DNA from: an uncultured archaeon | Lineage (GTDB): Archaea > Hadarchaeota > Hadarchaeia > Hadarchaeales > WYZ-LMO6 | Length of the DNA stretch: 64,000 nt | Direction of reading: 5' to 3' | NCBI GenBank assembly: GCA_938074535.1 | Contig: CALJER010000015.1 | Span: forward strand, 1,544 to 65,543 | Part shown: one piece after another, positions 9,625 to 17,817 of the stretch | How positions within the stretch are numbered: position 1 is the first letter of the stretch | Layout of the letters: the number at the start of each line of letters is the position of its first letter | Program-made: the position numbers and the translations under genes | The notes under the pieces: generated by a model | What the model was told of the DNA's origin: nothing | Seen by the model: only the letters and a program-made list of their open reading frames with translations | Databases searched by the model: none

Positions 9625-10367
9625 GCCGCCCCCAGGGAGGAGAGTACTCCCCACAGGGAAGGCTCTGGCGCTACGGAGGGCTCTATCCCAGATGATTTTA
9701 GAACTCTCGCCGTTTCCGGTCCGATTGCGATCACGTGGGTACTTTTAAGAAGCGATTGGAGCTTTCTTCTGGCTTTGAAGGGCAAAAAAGCTTGCATGAG
9801 CTCGAAGGAGGAACCGGAGGTGAAGACCACAAAATCTGCTCCGGTTCTAAGAGTTCTCAGAAATTTTTCGACGCCCTTTGGATCCACCACCGGCGAATAA
9901 ATCCGATACTCCTCGACGGGTATTCCTCCCTCAGAAAGGGCTCTGCGCATTAGATCATTTGCAAAGCTGCTTCTGAGCAAGGCGATCGATGAGAAGGGAT
10001 GCTCAGAGTGGTCGCTCAGGATTTCCTCGAGGAGCGCCTTGCTCGTGTATCTACAGGGCAACCTCACCTTGGTCAGGCCGAACTTCTCTAAAGAGGCCTT
10101 AGTTGAGGGTCCGACGGCGTAGAGCCTCATCTCCGATAAGCTGCGGATAATTTTTTTGGAGGGATTGACCACTCTTAGAGACCTCGGACTCAAAAATACG
10201 GCGGAGTCGTGGCGCTGATGGGATAGATTCTCTTTCAGTCTCAGAATCTCCTCCCTCTTGGGCAGAAGCCTTATGGTGCTTATCCTAAGGGGTCTGCAGC
10301 CGTATTTTTGAAAAGGAGAAGGGTCAAAAGGAGACAACGATGTTAACACAACCTTTCTGCATCTCAT
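9621..10367 (-). CDS. hemD: Uroporphyrinogen-III synthase.
   Basis: 248 aa HemD-like two-lobe protein between cobA and cfbA. Start overlaps the cobA stop. Confidence 0.65.
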   Translation of the reverse strand: MRCRKVVLTSLSPFDPSPFQKYGCRPLRISTIRLLPKREEILRLKENLSHQRHDSAVFLSPRSLRVVNPSKKIIRSLSEMRLYAVGPSTKASLEKFGLTKVRLPCRYTSKALLEEILSDHSEHPFSSIALLRSSFANDLMRRALSEGGIPVEEYRIYSPVVDPKGVEKFLRTLRTGADFVVFTSGSSFELMQAFLPFKARRKLQSLLKSTHVIAIGPETARVLKSSGIEPSVAPEPSLWGVLSSLGAA

Positions 10368-11077
10368 CGGAGGAACACCTCCGCGACGCGCCCTATTACC
10401 AGGACGCCAGGAGCTTTTTCCCTTCGTGAGGTATTCAAGAGATCCTTGACGCGGATGAGCTCTTTCCTGACGCGAGAACCGGTGGAGGTTATGATTGCTC
10501 CAGGGGTTTCAGGATCAATTCCGCCCTCAATGAGGTTCCTGGCCACAAAGGAAAGGTTCCTCATTGACATGAGGAGAACCAACGTTCCGGGGAACTTGGC
10601 ATGCCTCTTCAGATACTCCCCTTCGTCCTCGCTACCCGCCAAGCTCCCACTCAGGATGACGACGGAGGAGGAAACTCCGCGCATGGTAAGCGGGATTCTT
10701 GCTAGCGTCGGCAGCGCAACTGCCGAGGTGAGGCCGGGCACCACTTCCACCTCTATTCCCTCTGCCTCGAGGGCCTGGAGCTCTTCGCCACCTCTGCCAA
10801 ACACGAAAGGGTCGCCGCTTTTCAACCGAACAACACAAAGCCCCTCCCTTGCAAAGTTTTTCATCAAGTCAACGATCTCCCGCTGTTTTTCCGGGCCCTC
10901 TCCGGGCTCTTTTCCCACATAGATGATTTTCGCCCCCTTCTTGGCTATATTTAGAATACTCTCGTCCACAAGACGGTCGTGGAGTATTACATCCGCTTCC
11001 GAGATTATCCTGTGAGCCCTTAGGGTGAGATTATCGATTCCAAGAACACCGGCGCCAACCAGATAGACTCTACCCTT
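10364..11077 (-). CDS. cobA: Uroporphyrinogen-III C-methyltransferase (SUMT; precorrin-2 forming).
   Basis: GRVYLVGAGVLGIDNLTLRA, VVRLKSGDPFVFGRGGEE and PGLTSA motifs of TP-methylase family. GTG start at 11077, so the listed N-terminal extension is rejected. Confidence 0.85.
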   Translation of the reverse strand, partial: KGRVYLVGAGVLGIDNLTLRAHRIISEADVILHDRLVDESILNIAKKGAKIIYVGKEPGEGPEKQREIVDLMKNFAREGLCVVRLKSGDPFVFGRGGEELQALEAEGIEVEVVPGLTSAVALPTLARIPLTMRGVSSSVVILSGSLAGSEDEGEYLKRHAKFPGTLVLLMSMRNLSFVARNLIEGGIDPETPGAIITSTGSRVRKELIRVKDLLNTSRREKAPGVLVIGRVAEVFLR

Positions 11078-11987
11078 CACGGAACTCCCTCCAGAACCAC
11101 TCCAGCTCGCGGTTGTTGAGGACGAGTTCAGCGACCCTCCTTCCGGTATCTTCGGGAGCCCCCCTTGGGAACCTGAATTCGAAAATTCTGAAATTTGACC
11201 CGTCTGCAGCGTAAAAACCGCACACAATTTTTACGGATTCGCCTTCGACCCGCGCCGTAAATCCGATGGGTGCCGAGCAACCAGATCTCATGGCCTTCAG
11301 GAAAGACCTCTCGATCGATACTTCTTCCATAGCTTCCGGCGAATTTATCAGCTGGACCAAAGATTTAACATCCGAGTCATCGCTCCTCGCTGTTATGGCA
11401 AGCGCACCCTGACCCGGGCTTGTGGGGAAGCGCTCAATGGGCATGCGCTCCCATTTCCCCCCGAGCCCAAGTCTGATCAGAGCAGCTTCTGCGACCACTA
11501 TGCCGTCGTATTTTCCTTCCCTCAGGCGTTTAAGTCTCGTATCTACGTTGCCCCTCAAATGTGATATCTCGAGGTCCCCTCTGAAACATTTGAGCTGTGC
11601 TGCTCTTCTCGGGCTGCTGGTTCCGATGATTGCTCCTTTGGGCATTGAACTGAGTGGTGAGCCCTTACGAGAGATGAATGCATCGCACGGAGAGATCCTC
11701 TCCGGAACTGCTACGACGGAGACTCCTGGTGGGAGTGAGGTTGGCACGTCTTTGAGACTGTGGACCGCGAGGTCAACATCGCCCCTCAGAAGGGCTTCGT
11801 CGATCTCCCTCTCAAAGGTTCCGCTGCCCATCTCTCTTGCTGCTAAGCTGTTCAGTTCATCTCCGGAAGTCTTTATCTTAACAATGGCAAAGTTGAAATC
11901 GCTCAAGGATTGCAATCTCTTGATGACGTGCTCGGTTTGGATGAGTGCCAACCTGCTTCCTCTACTTCCAACCCTGAGAGTTCTCAA
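11070..11987 (-). CDS. hemC: Porphobilinogen deaminase (hydroxymethylbilane synthase).
   Basis: LRVGSRGSRLALIQTEHV N-terminus and dipyrromethane cofactor Cys region. TTG start at 11987 directly after the hemL stop. Confidence 0.85.
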   Translation of the reverse strand: MRTLRVGSRGSRLALIQTEHVIKRLQSLSDFNFAIVKIKTSGDELNSLAAREMGSGTFEREIDEALLRGDVDLAVHSLKDVPTSLPPGVSVVAVPERISPCDAFISRKGSPLSSMPKGAIIGTSSPRRAAQLKCFRGDLEISHLRGNVDTRLKRLREGKYDGIVVAEAALIRLGLGGKWERMPIERFPTSPGQGALAITARSDDSDVKSLVQLINSPEAMEEVSIERSFLKAMRSGCSAPIGFTARVEGESVKIVCGFYAADGSNFRIFEFRFPRGAPEDTGRRVAELVLNNRELEWFWREFREG

Positions 11988-13234
11988 CCAGACCACCCAC
12001 CAGCGATAGCGGAAGAAAAAACCTCTGCTGTCTTTTGCAGATCTTCTTCGGTGTGAGCCACGGATAGAAAGCAGCACTCAAACTGGGAGGGCGGTAAGAA
12101 GACGCCCCCCTCCAGCAGGAGAGCTTGTAACTTCAAAAATCTATTTGTATCACATTTTCTGGCATCTTCAGCATTTCTCAGGCGGTTCTGCGTCAGAAAA
12201 AGCGTGAAGATCGAGCCCATCCTGTTTATCTGAGCGGGGATTCCGGCATCCTCGAGAAGATCCTCCAGGGCAGAACACAGACGCTCGGTCTTAGATTCCA
12301 GCTCAGCGTACACAGAGTCCCTGAGTCTCCTCACCACCGACAGGCCCGCAGAGGTGGCCACAGGGCTTCCGTTGAACGTTCCCGCGTTGTACACTCTGCC
12401 GGCTGGAGCAACCATTTCCATTAGCTCCCTCCTGCCTCCAAAGGCGCCGATGGGGAAGCCCCCCCCTATTATCTTTCCGAGCAAGGTTATGTCGGGCCTC
12501 AGGCCGAAGAGTTGCTGTGCTCCCCCCTTAGAGAGGCGGAATCCCGTAATAACTTCGTCGAAGATCAGGAGTGCTCCAGCTTCATCGCACGCTCTCCTGA
12601 GCTCTCTCAGAAAGCCTTTTTCTGGCGGGATCAATCCCACATTGCCCATTACAGGTTCCACTATAACACAGGCGACGCTCTCGTCAACGATATCTAAGGC
12701 CTCGAAGTCGTTGAAGGGTATGACTTTGGTTTTGTCGAGAAGATCACCCGGTATCCCTTCGCTGATGGGCGATTTGCTGGATTCAACACCATTCACTAAA
12801 AGTGAGTCCACCGCTCCGTGGTAGCAACCATCGAACTTGACGACCACCTCTCTTTTGGTAAAGGCCCTGCACAGCCTGATGGCGTTCGTAGCTGCCTCCC
12901 CTCCGGAGTTGACAAACCTAATCATCTCTATCGAGGGAACTGATCGGATGATCTCTTCGGCCAACTCCAGTTCGGCTAGGTGAGGTGTTCCAAAGAGAGT
13001 CCCCCTGCGCACCTGCTCATGAACTGCCTCGATCAAAAAATCTGGGGAATGACCAAAGATAAGAGGGCCGTAGGCCATGCAGAAATCGATGAGTTCTCTT
13101 CCGTCTTCAGTTATGAGGCGGGATCCCTTGGCTGAGGAGGTAAAGAACGGGTAGGGTTTGAAAAACCTAACCGGGCTGTTCACGCCGCCGGGGAAGACCC
13201 TTTTACTTCGAAGGAACAGGTCTTCGGATTTCAT
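11984..13234 (-). CDS. hemL: Glutamate-1-semialdehyde 2,1-aminomutase.
   Basis: 416 aa class-III aminotransferase; LIFDEVITGFR, VFPGGVNSPVR motifs. Confidence 0.9.
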   Translation of the reverse strand: MKSEDLFLRSKRVFPGGVNSPVRFFKPYPFFTSSAKGSRLITEDGRELIDFCMAYGPLIFGHSPDFLIEAVHEQVRRGTLFGTPHLAELELAEEIIRSVPSIEMIRFVNSGGEAATNAIRLCRAFTKREVVVKFDGCYHGAVDSLLVNGVESSKSPISEGIPGDLLDKTKVIPFNDFEALDIVDESVACVIVEPVMGNVGLIPPEKGFLRELRRACDEAGALLIFDEVITGFRLSKGGAQQLFGLRPDITLLGKIIGGGFPIGAFGGRRELMEMVAPAGRVYNAGTFNGSPVATSAGLSVVRRLRDSVYAELESKTERLCSALEDLLEDAGIPAQINRMGSIFTLFLTQNRLRNAEDARKCDTNRFLKLQALLLEGGVFLPPSQFECCFLSVAHTEEDLQKTAEVFSSAIAGGWSG

Positions 13235-14202
13235 GACTGTTCTTCCCTTAAGGCCTTTACAACCTCGGGAGCGTAGTACGATATTATGATGTCTGCTCCC
13301 GCCCTCTTTATCGCGGTGAGAGCTTCTAGAAAAACCCCTCTCTCGTCTGTGTCAGTGCTTTTGCAGTATTCCTTGAGCATAACGTACTCCCCACTCACTT
13401 GATACGCCGCCAGTGGGCAAGTCAAAATTCTTCTGAGCTCGCTGATGACATCGAGGTACGGCATGGCAGGTTTGACCATCACCATATCCGCCCCCTCCTG
13501 TATGTCCTGGAGAGCTTCCTTAACGGCTTCCCTCCTATTCCTGAAGTCCATCTGGTACGAAGAACGGTCGCCGAAAGCCGGGGCGGAAGACGCGACCTCT
13601 CTGAAGGGGGAGTACAAAAAGGATCTGAACTTGGCGGAGTAGGACATTATGCCCACATCCTCAAAACCACCTTCGTCTAGAGCGCTCCTTATCGCCGACA
13701 CCTGACCATCTGCCATAGCCGAGGGAGCAACGATGTCAGCCCCGGCTTCGGCGTGGCTAACCGCTATCCTGGACAGTATTGAAAGGGTTTTGTTCCTGTG
13801 AATCCTACTTCCTTCGAGTATACCGCAATGACCGTGGTCAGTGTACTGACAGAGGCAAACATCTGTGAGGATGTTAACAGGGGGCAGGGACGCCTTAATA
13901 GCTCTTATCGCTCTCTGGACCACTCCGTCGCCGCTGTAAGCATGAGATCCCAGGGAGTCTTTCGATGAGGGTACACCAAAGATGAGAAAGGAACGGAGGC
14001 CTGAGGCTATGTACCCCGACAGGTACTCCACAAGGCCAGAGAGGGGCACCTTTTCCATACCGCCCCAGCGGGATCTCTCAATGTCGCCAGTCTCTTTGAC
14101 AAAGATGGGATAGATGAAGTTGTGGGGAGCCAAGGCGGTCTCAGAGACGAGGTCCCTCAATATCTTGTTGCGCCTAAGCCTGGATGTGATTGTTTTTTTC
14201 AT
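13231..14202 (-). CDS. hemB: Porphobilinogen synthase (delta-aminolevulinate dehydratase).
   Basis: 323 aa; active-site lysines and metal-site region (VMVKPAMPYLDV...). Overlaps hemL start and hemA stop. Confidence 0.9.
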   Translation of the reverse strand: MKKTITSRLRRNKILRDLVSETALAPHNFIYPIFVKETGDIERSRWGGMEKVPLSGLVEYLSGYIASGLRSFLIFGVPSSKDSLGSHAYSGDGVVQRAIRAIKASLPPVNILTDVCLCQYTDHGHCGILEGSRIHRNKTLSILSRIAVSHAEAGADIVAPSAMADGQVSAIRSALDEGGFEDVGIMSYSAKFRSFLYSPFREVASSAPAFGDRSSYQMDFRNRREAVKEALQDIQEGADMVMVKPAMPYLDVISELRRILTCPLAAYQVSGEYVMLKEYCKSTDTDERGVFLEALTAIKRAGADIIISYYAPEVVKALREEQS

Positions 14203-15383
14203 TCAAAACCCTCCGACTTTGCTCCGGAGTTTGCTATGGAGAAGATGATATCACGCATAAAGGCATAGGTGAACTCCTCGATGACCTTTTTCTGGTCCTC
14301 TGTGAAAGCACACTTTCTGAAGGCGAAGTCGACGGCCTCTCTTCTCTTAACTTCAGCCCAACGCATCAGCATTTCAAAATTCGTTTTCCTGTCCCCCAAC
14401 TTTAGCCTCCCGATCAAAGCCCTCAGCGAGTCCTCGATAATCCTTTCAGCTTCTTTTACAGCTTTTTTCCTAACTCTGAGGTTGTTTTTCGCGATACTGC
14501 TTATGAGATCGAAATCAATCAGTTCTACTCCTCCAACATGCTTTATTCCTTCATCAACGCCTCTTGGGTTCGAAACGTCCAATATCAAAAGACCATTCAA
14601 TTTCAGGCCCTCCAAATCCTCCTTTTTGAGGATGGGATGGGGGGAGGAGGTGGCGCAGACGACGGCATCGGCATCGGCGATAACTTCTTTAAGCCCGTCG
14701 AAGTGCACGGCTCTTCCCCCTACTTCACTCGCGAGACGTTCAGCTCTTGAGTAGGTTCGATTTGCCACAAAGATGGTCACGGTTCCCTTGCGGGGCACGG
14801 ATTTTGCGACCATGCTTCCTATCCTGCCGGCACCGATTATGACCAGCTTCCTTCCCTCCAGGGACCCAAGCTTTTCGGTTATGATTTTTATGACCACATT
14901 CCCCAGCGAAATCGAGCCTTTGGAGATGGAGGTTTCGCGCCTTACAACTCCGCCGCAATTTATGGCTGCGCTGAAGACCGATTCCATGGTTGATTTAGCA
15001 GTTCCCAAAATTTTTGCTCGCTCTAAGCTCTCTCGAATCTGATGCAGGATCTCTGTCTCGCCAACTATTACTGACTCCAGTCCCGCGGCCAGATAAAAAA
15101 GGTGGCGGACAGCGTCATAGCCCTCAAAAAGTTCCGCGTACGGCTCAAGTGGGTACGCGCTGTTGGTAGAGTTTCTTAAGAATTCTTTGAGCAGTTCCCC
15201 GCTCACGTTTGAACCGGAAGCGTAGATCTCCACTCTGTGGCAAGTTTGAACTATAACGCACTCCTCTGCTCCTTCCTTCTTAAGTTGAATTAATGCTGAT
15301 TGGGGGTCGGTCAGGGTGAAACTTTCCAACACTCGAATTGGTGCCTTTTTGTGGTTGAGCGTTAAACAGTATATGGGAATCAT
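14199..15383 (-). CDS. hemA: Glutamyl-tRNA reductase.
   Basis: HKKAPIRVLE and CHRVEIY catalytic Cys motif, then a GAGRIG NADPH-binding domain. ATG at 15383 chosen over the listed 15437 extension. Confidence 0.85.
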   Translation of the reverse strand: MIPIYCLTLNHKKAPIRVLESFTLTDPQSALIQLKKEGAEECVIVQTCHRVEIYASGSNVSGELLKEFLRNSTNSAYPLEPYAELFEGYDAVRHLFYLAAGLESVIVGETEILHQIRESLERAKILGTAKSTMESVFSAAINCGGVVRRETSISKGSISLGNVVIKIITEKLGSLEGRKLVIIGAGRIGSMVAKSVPRKGTVTIFVANRTYSRAERLASEVGGRAVHFDGLKEVIADADAVVCATSSPHPILKKEDLEGLKLNGLLILDVSNPRGVDEGIKHVGGVELIDFDLISSIAKNNLRVRKKAVKEAERIIEDSLRALIGRLKLGDRKTNFEMLMRWAEVKRREAVDFAFRKCAFTEDQKKVIEEFTYAFMRDIIFSIANSGAKSEGFE

Positions 15384-15763
15384 CGATCTCAACATGGTCA
15401 AGTTTGAATTTATTCTTTCTTGTTTCATATGAAACAAAAAAGTGAAGGGATCGAGCCAATGAAATGAACGTTTGTACGAGGAGGCTTTATTGGCCGATCA
15501 GCTTGCCGACCGACCCCTGTCTTGCAAAGTGTCTTCCCCCCGGCTCGCGGAGCCCTTCCGGGTGCCCCTTCCCGCGCACATTACCGCCTCCCTTCTCCAC
15601 GCAGCACCCTCTCCGCCGCCCCCCTCAGTCTCGCACAGGTATCCCACCAGGATCTCGTCCATGCTGGTGCCCCCAGCTGGGTGTCCCCGCTGGTGCTCTT
15701 CACCCCGACCCCTCCCCTTCCCGGGAGGAAAGCTTCCGCCCCGGGCCTCTCCCCCTTGGTGGA

Positions 15764-15840
15764 TGGCGGGCCCGTCGGGATTCGAACCCGAGTTGCAGGC
15801 TCCGCAGGCCTGTGTCTTATCCAGGCTAGACCACGGGCCC
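15764..15840 (-). tRNA. tRNA-Arg (anticodon GCG), CCA encoded.
   Basis: Reverse complement GGGCCCGTGGTCTAGCCTGGATAAGACACAGGCCTGCGGAGCCTGCAACTCGGGTTCGAATCCCGACGGGCCCGCCA folds as a cloverleaf (7-bp acceptor, GTTCGAATC T-loop, anticodon loop CTGCGGA). tattaat TATA-like element about 25 nt upstream on its strand. Confidence 0.85.
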
Positions 15841-15871
15841 TCCCTACTTCTTCCGGGGGGAGGATTAATAG

Positions 15872-16357
15872 ATGGCGAGCGGAGGGAGAGGTTCCGGGGC
15901 CGGGAGGGGGATCGCGGGGATGACCCGCGCCTTCGGGGGGGCGACGAGGGAGCTGGGTCCGGGGAAGAAGGTGCTCTTCCCGGGTTCAGAGGCCGTCTGT
16001 CTTCCTTTCGCCGAGCTGCCGGCGTACGCCTGCAGGGACCTGGGGCACTCCTTCTACTTCGCCCCCGGGGGGAAAGCCGGGGAAGGCGGTGGAGCTGAGG
16101 TACAGGTCGCCCCACGGCTTTCAGACCGGCAGGAGGCTCAGGCCGGGTAGGGCGGATGTTCTGGTGGTGATGGGTGGCCTGGCCCTCCCCGGAAGCTCGG
16201 TGGGGCCGGGGAGGTGAGGAGGCTCGCCCCCTCCCTCCTGAAAAAGGGGGGAAGGGTGGCGGGCTTCATGGGCATCCTGGAGGGGGAGGGATGGGAGAAG
16301 GAACTGGAGTTCGATTTCCTCCCGTACGCGCGGGCGGAGAGGGTGAGGGTGAAGTGA
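15872..16357 (+). pseudogene. Probable frameshifted gene, or sequence errors in G-runs. A conserved-looking protein is split over three frames.
   Basis: Frame 1 (15872-16150) ...KKVLFPGSEAVCLPFAELPAYACRDLGHSFYFAPGG. Frame 2 ADVLVVMGGLALPGS. Frame 3 ...EVRRLAPSLLKKGGRVAGFMGILEGEGWEKELEFDFLPYARAERVRVK*. Protein-like sequence continues across frame changes at homopolymeric G tracts. Confidence 0.3.
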
Positions 16358-16998
16358 TCAGCCCTTTCCTTCCAGCGCCCTCTTCACCCTCGCCACGCTC
16401 TCCTCCACCTCCACCTCCCCTTCAAAGGAGACCGTTCTGAGGATCCCCCTGCGGGCGTAGAAGTCCAGCAGGGGCTTGGTCTGCCTGACGTACTCCTCCA
16501 GCCTCCTCCTGATCACCTCCGGCTTGTCGTCCTCCCTCTGGTAGAGCTCCCCCCCGCACCGGTCGCAGACCCCGGGTTCACGGGGTGGCATGGAGACCAG
16601 GTTGTAGATGGCCCCGCACTTCCTGCAGATCCTGCGGGTGGAGAGCCTTTTCACGATCACCTCCTCCTTCACGTCCAGGTTGAGCACCAGCTCGGGGGGG
16701 GAGAGCTTCTCCAGGGTCTCGGCCTGGAGGATCGTCCTGGGGAAGCCGTCCAGGATGAACCCCTTCGCGCAGTCCGGCTGGGAGAGCCTTTCCTTCATGA
16801 GGCTGATCACCTCCTCCTCCGGGCCCAGCAGCCCCTTCCCCACATACTCCCCCAGCCTCTTCCCCAGGGGGGTTCCCTTCTTGATCTCCTCCCGTATGAG
16901 GTCCCCCGTGGCTATGTGGGGTATCCCGTACTCCTGCGAGAGCCTTTTTCCGTAGGTACCCTTTCCCGCCCCCGGGGGGCCGAAGAGCACCAGCTTCA
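16358..16998 (-). CDS. adk: Adenylate kinase (archaeal type with zinc-ribbon lid).
   Basis: MKLVLFGPPGAGKGT P-loop; CRKCG...CDRCG lid cysteines. The listed ORF to 17407 is an upstream read-through. Confidence 0.9.
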
Positions 16999-17134
16999 TG
17001 GGATGCCTCCAGTCCTTCCTCCTGGGGGAACGGATTTTAATCCTTTTGTGAAAGGAAGAGGGGCGCGATGAGGAGAGGGGCTCTGAGGGGTGATGAGGAT
17101 GTTGAGTGCCGAGCGCTCCGAATGATTTTAAAAG

Positions 17135-17416
17135 GTGGAACCCCAGTATAGAGCGATGGCCGGAGGATTGGCAGCCTTCAAGAAAAGGGCATATGTCCTG
17201 ATCACGGTGAGGCCGGGTTACGAGGTCTCGGTGGTCTCGGAGATAGAGAGGGTTCCCAACGTGAAGCTCTCTGACTTCGTGCACGGGGAGTACGACGTGG
17301 TGTGCGTGCTGGAGGGGAACTACGAAGAGATCGACAGGGCCGTGCTCGCCATAAGGAAGCTTCCCAACGTCATGAAGACCATCACCCTGACGGCTTTCGA
17401 CACCCACCTGGAGTAG
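17135..17416 (+). CDS. Stand-alone Lrp/AsnC C-terminal (RAM) domain protein.
   Basis: About 90 aa (YVLITVRPGYEVSVVSEIERVPNVKLSDFVHGEYDVVCVLEG...) matching the RAM ligand-binding fold. ttttaaaa element about 35 nt upstream. Confidence 0.5.
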   Translation: MEPQYRAMAGGLAAFKKRAYVLITVRPGYEVSVVSEIERVPNVKLSDFVHGEYDVVCVLEGNYEEIDRAVLAIRKLPNVMKTITLTAFDTHLE

Positions 17417-17462
17417 GCACCCGAATCCGTCTGGCCAGCGTTCTGGTCGGGTTAGCCCAGCT

Positions 17463-17480
17463 CGAAGCTTTTTATATCAT
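17463..17480 (+). promoter_or_regulatory. BRE/TATA-like promoter (aagctttttatatcat) of the atpHIKECFD operon.
   Basis: A/T-rich TATA box 33 nt upstream of atpH ATG (17509) in GC-rich context. Confidence 0.5.
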
Positions 17481-17508
17481 CATTTTTCCACTGTAGAGGG
17501 TCGACTCC

Positions 17509-17817
17509 ATGGAGGAGGACCTGCGCCTCGTCTTCGAGACGGAGAAAAAGGCCAAGGGGATCCTGGAGGAAGCGGAGAGGGAGGCCGCCAGGATTTTGGA
17601 GGAGGCCAGGAAGAGGGCGGAGAGGAGGAGGGAGGAGATAAGGGAAGAGGCGAGGAGGAAGGGGGAGGAGTTCAGGAAGAAATTCGAGGAGAAGGCGGAG
17701 CGGGAGCTGGAGAGGCTGGCGAAAGAGACGGAGAGGGAGAAGGAAAGGGTGGAGAAGAGGGCCAGGGAGAGGATGGAAGAGGCGGTGGAGGAGCTGGTGA
17801 GGGCCCTGGTGAGGTAG
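17509..17817 (+). CDS. atpH: A-type ATP synthase subunit H.
   Basis: 102 aa highly charged coiled-coil (EEAEREAARILEEARKRAE...) immediately upstream of atpI. Confidence 0.7.
   Translation: MEEDLRLVFETEKKAKGILEEAEREAARILEEARKRAERRREEIREEARRKGEEFRKKFEEKAERELERLAKETEREKERVEKRARERMEEAVEELVRALVR

Noticed and set aside
15464-16150. ORFs 15464..15829, 15472..16098, 15498..16115(-), 15522..15923 spanning the tRNA-Arg.
   Set aside because: They run straight through a cloverleaf tRNA gene, have Pro/Arg/Ser-rich translations, and reflect GC-rich non-coding DNA.
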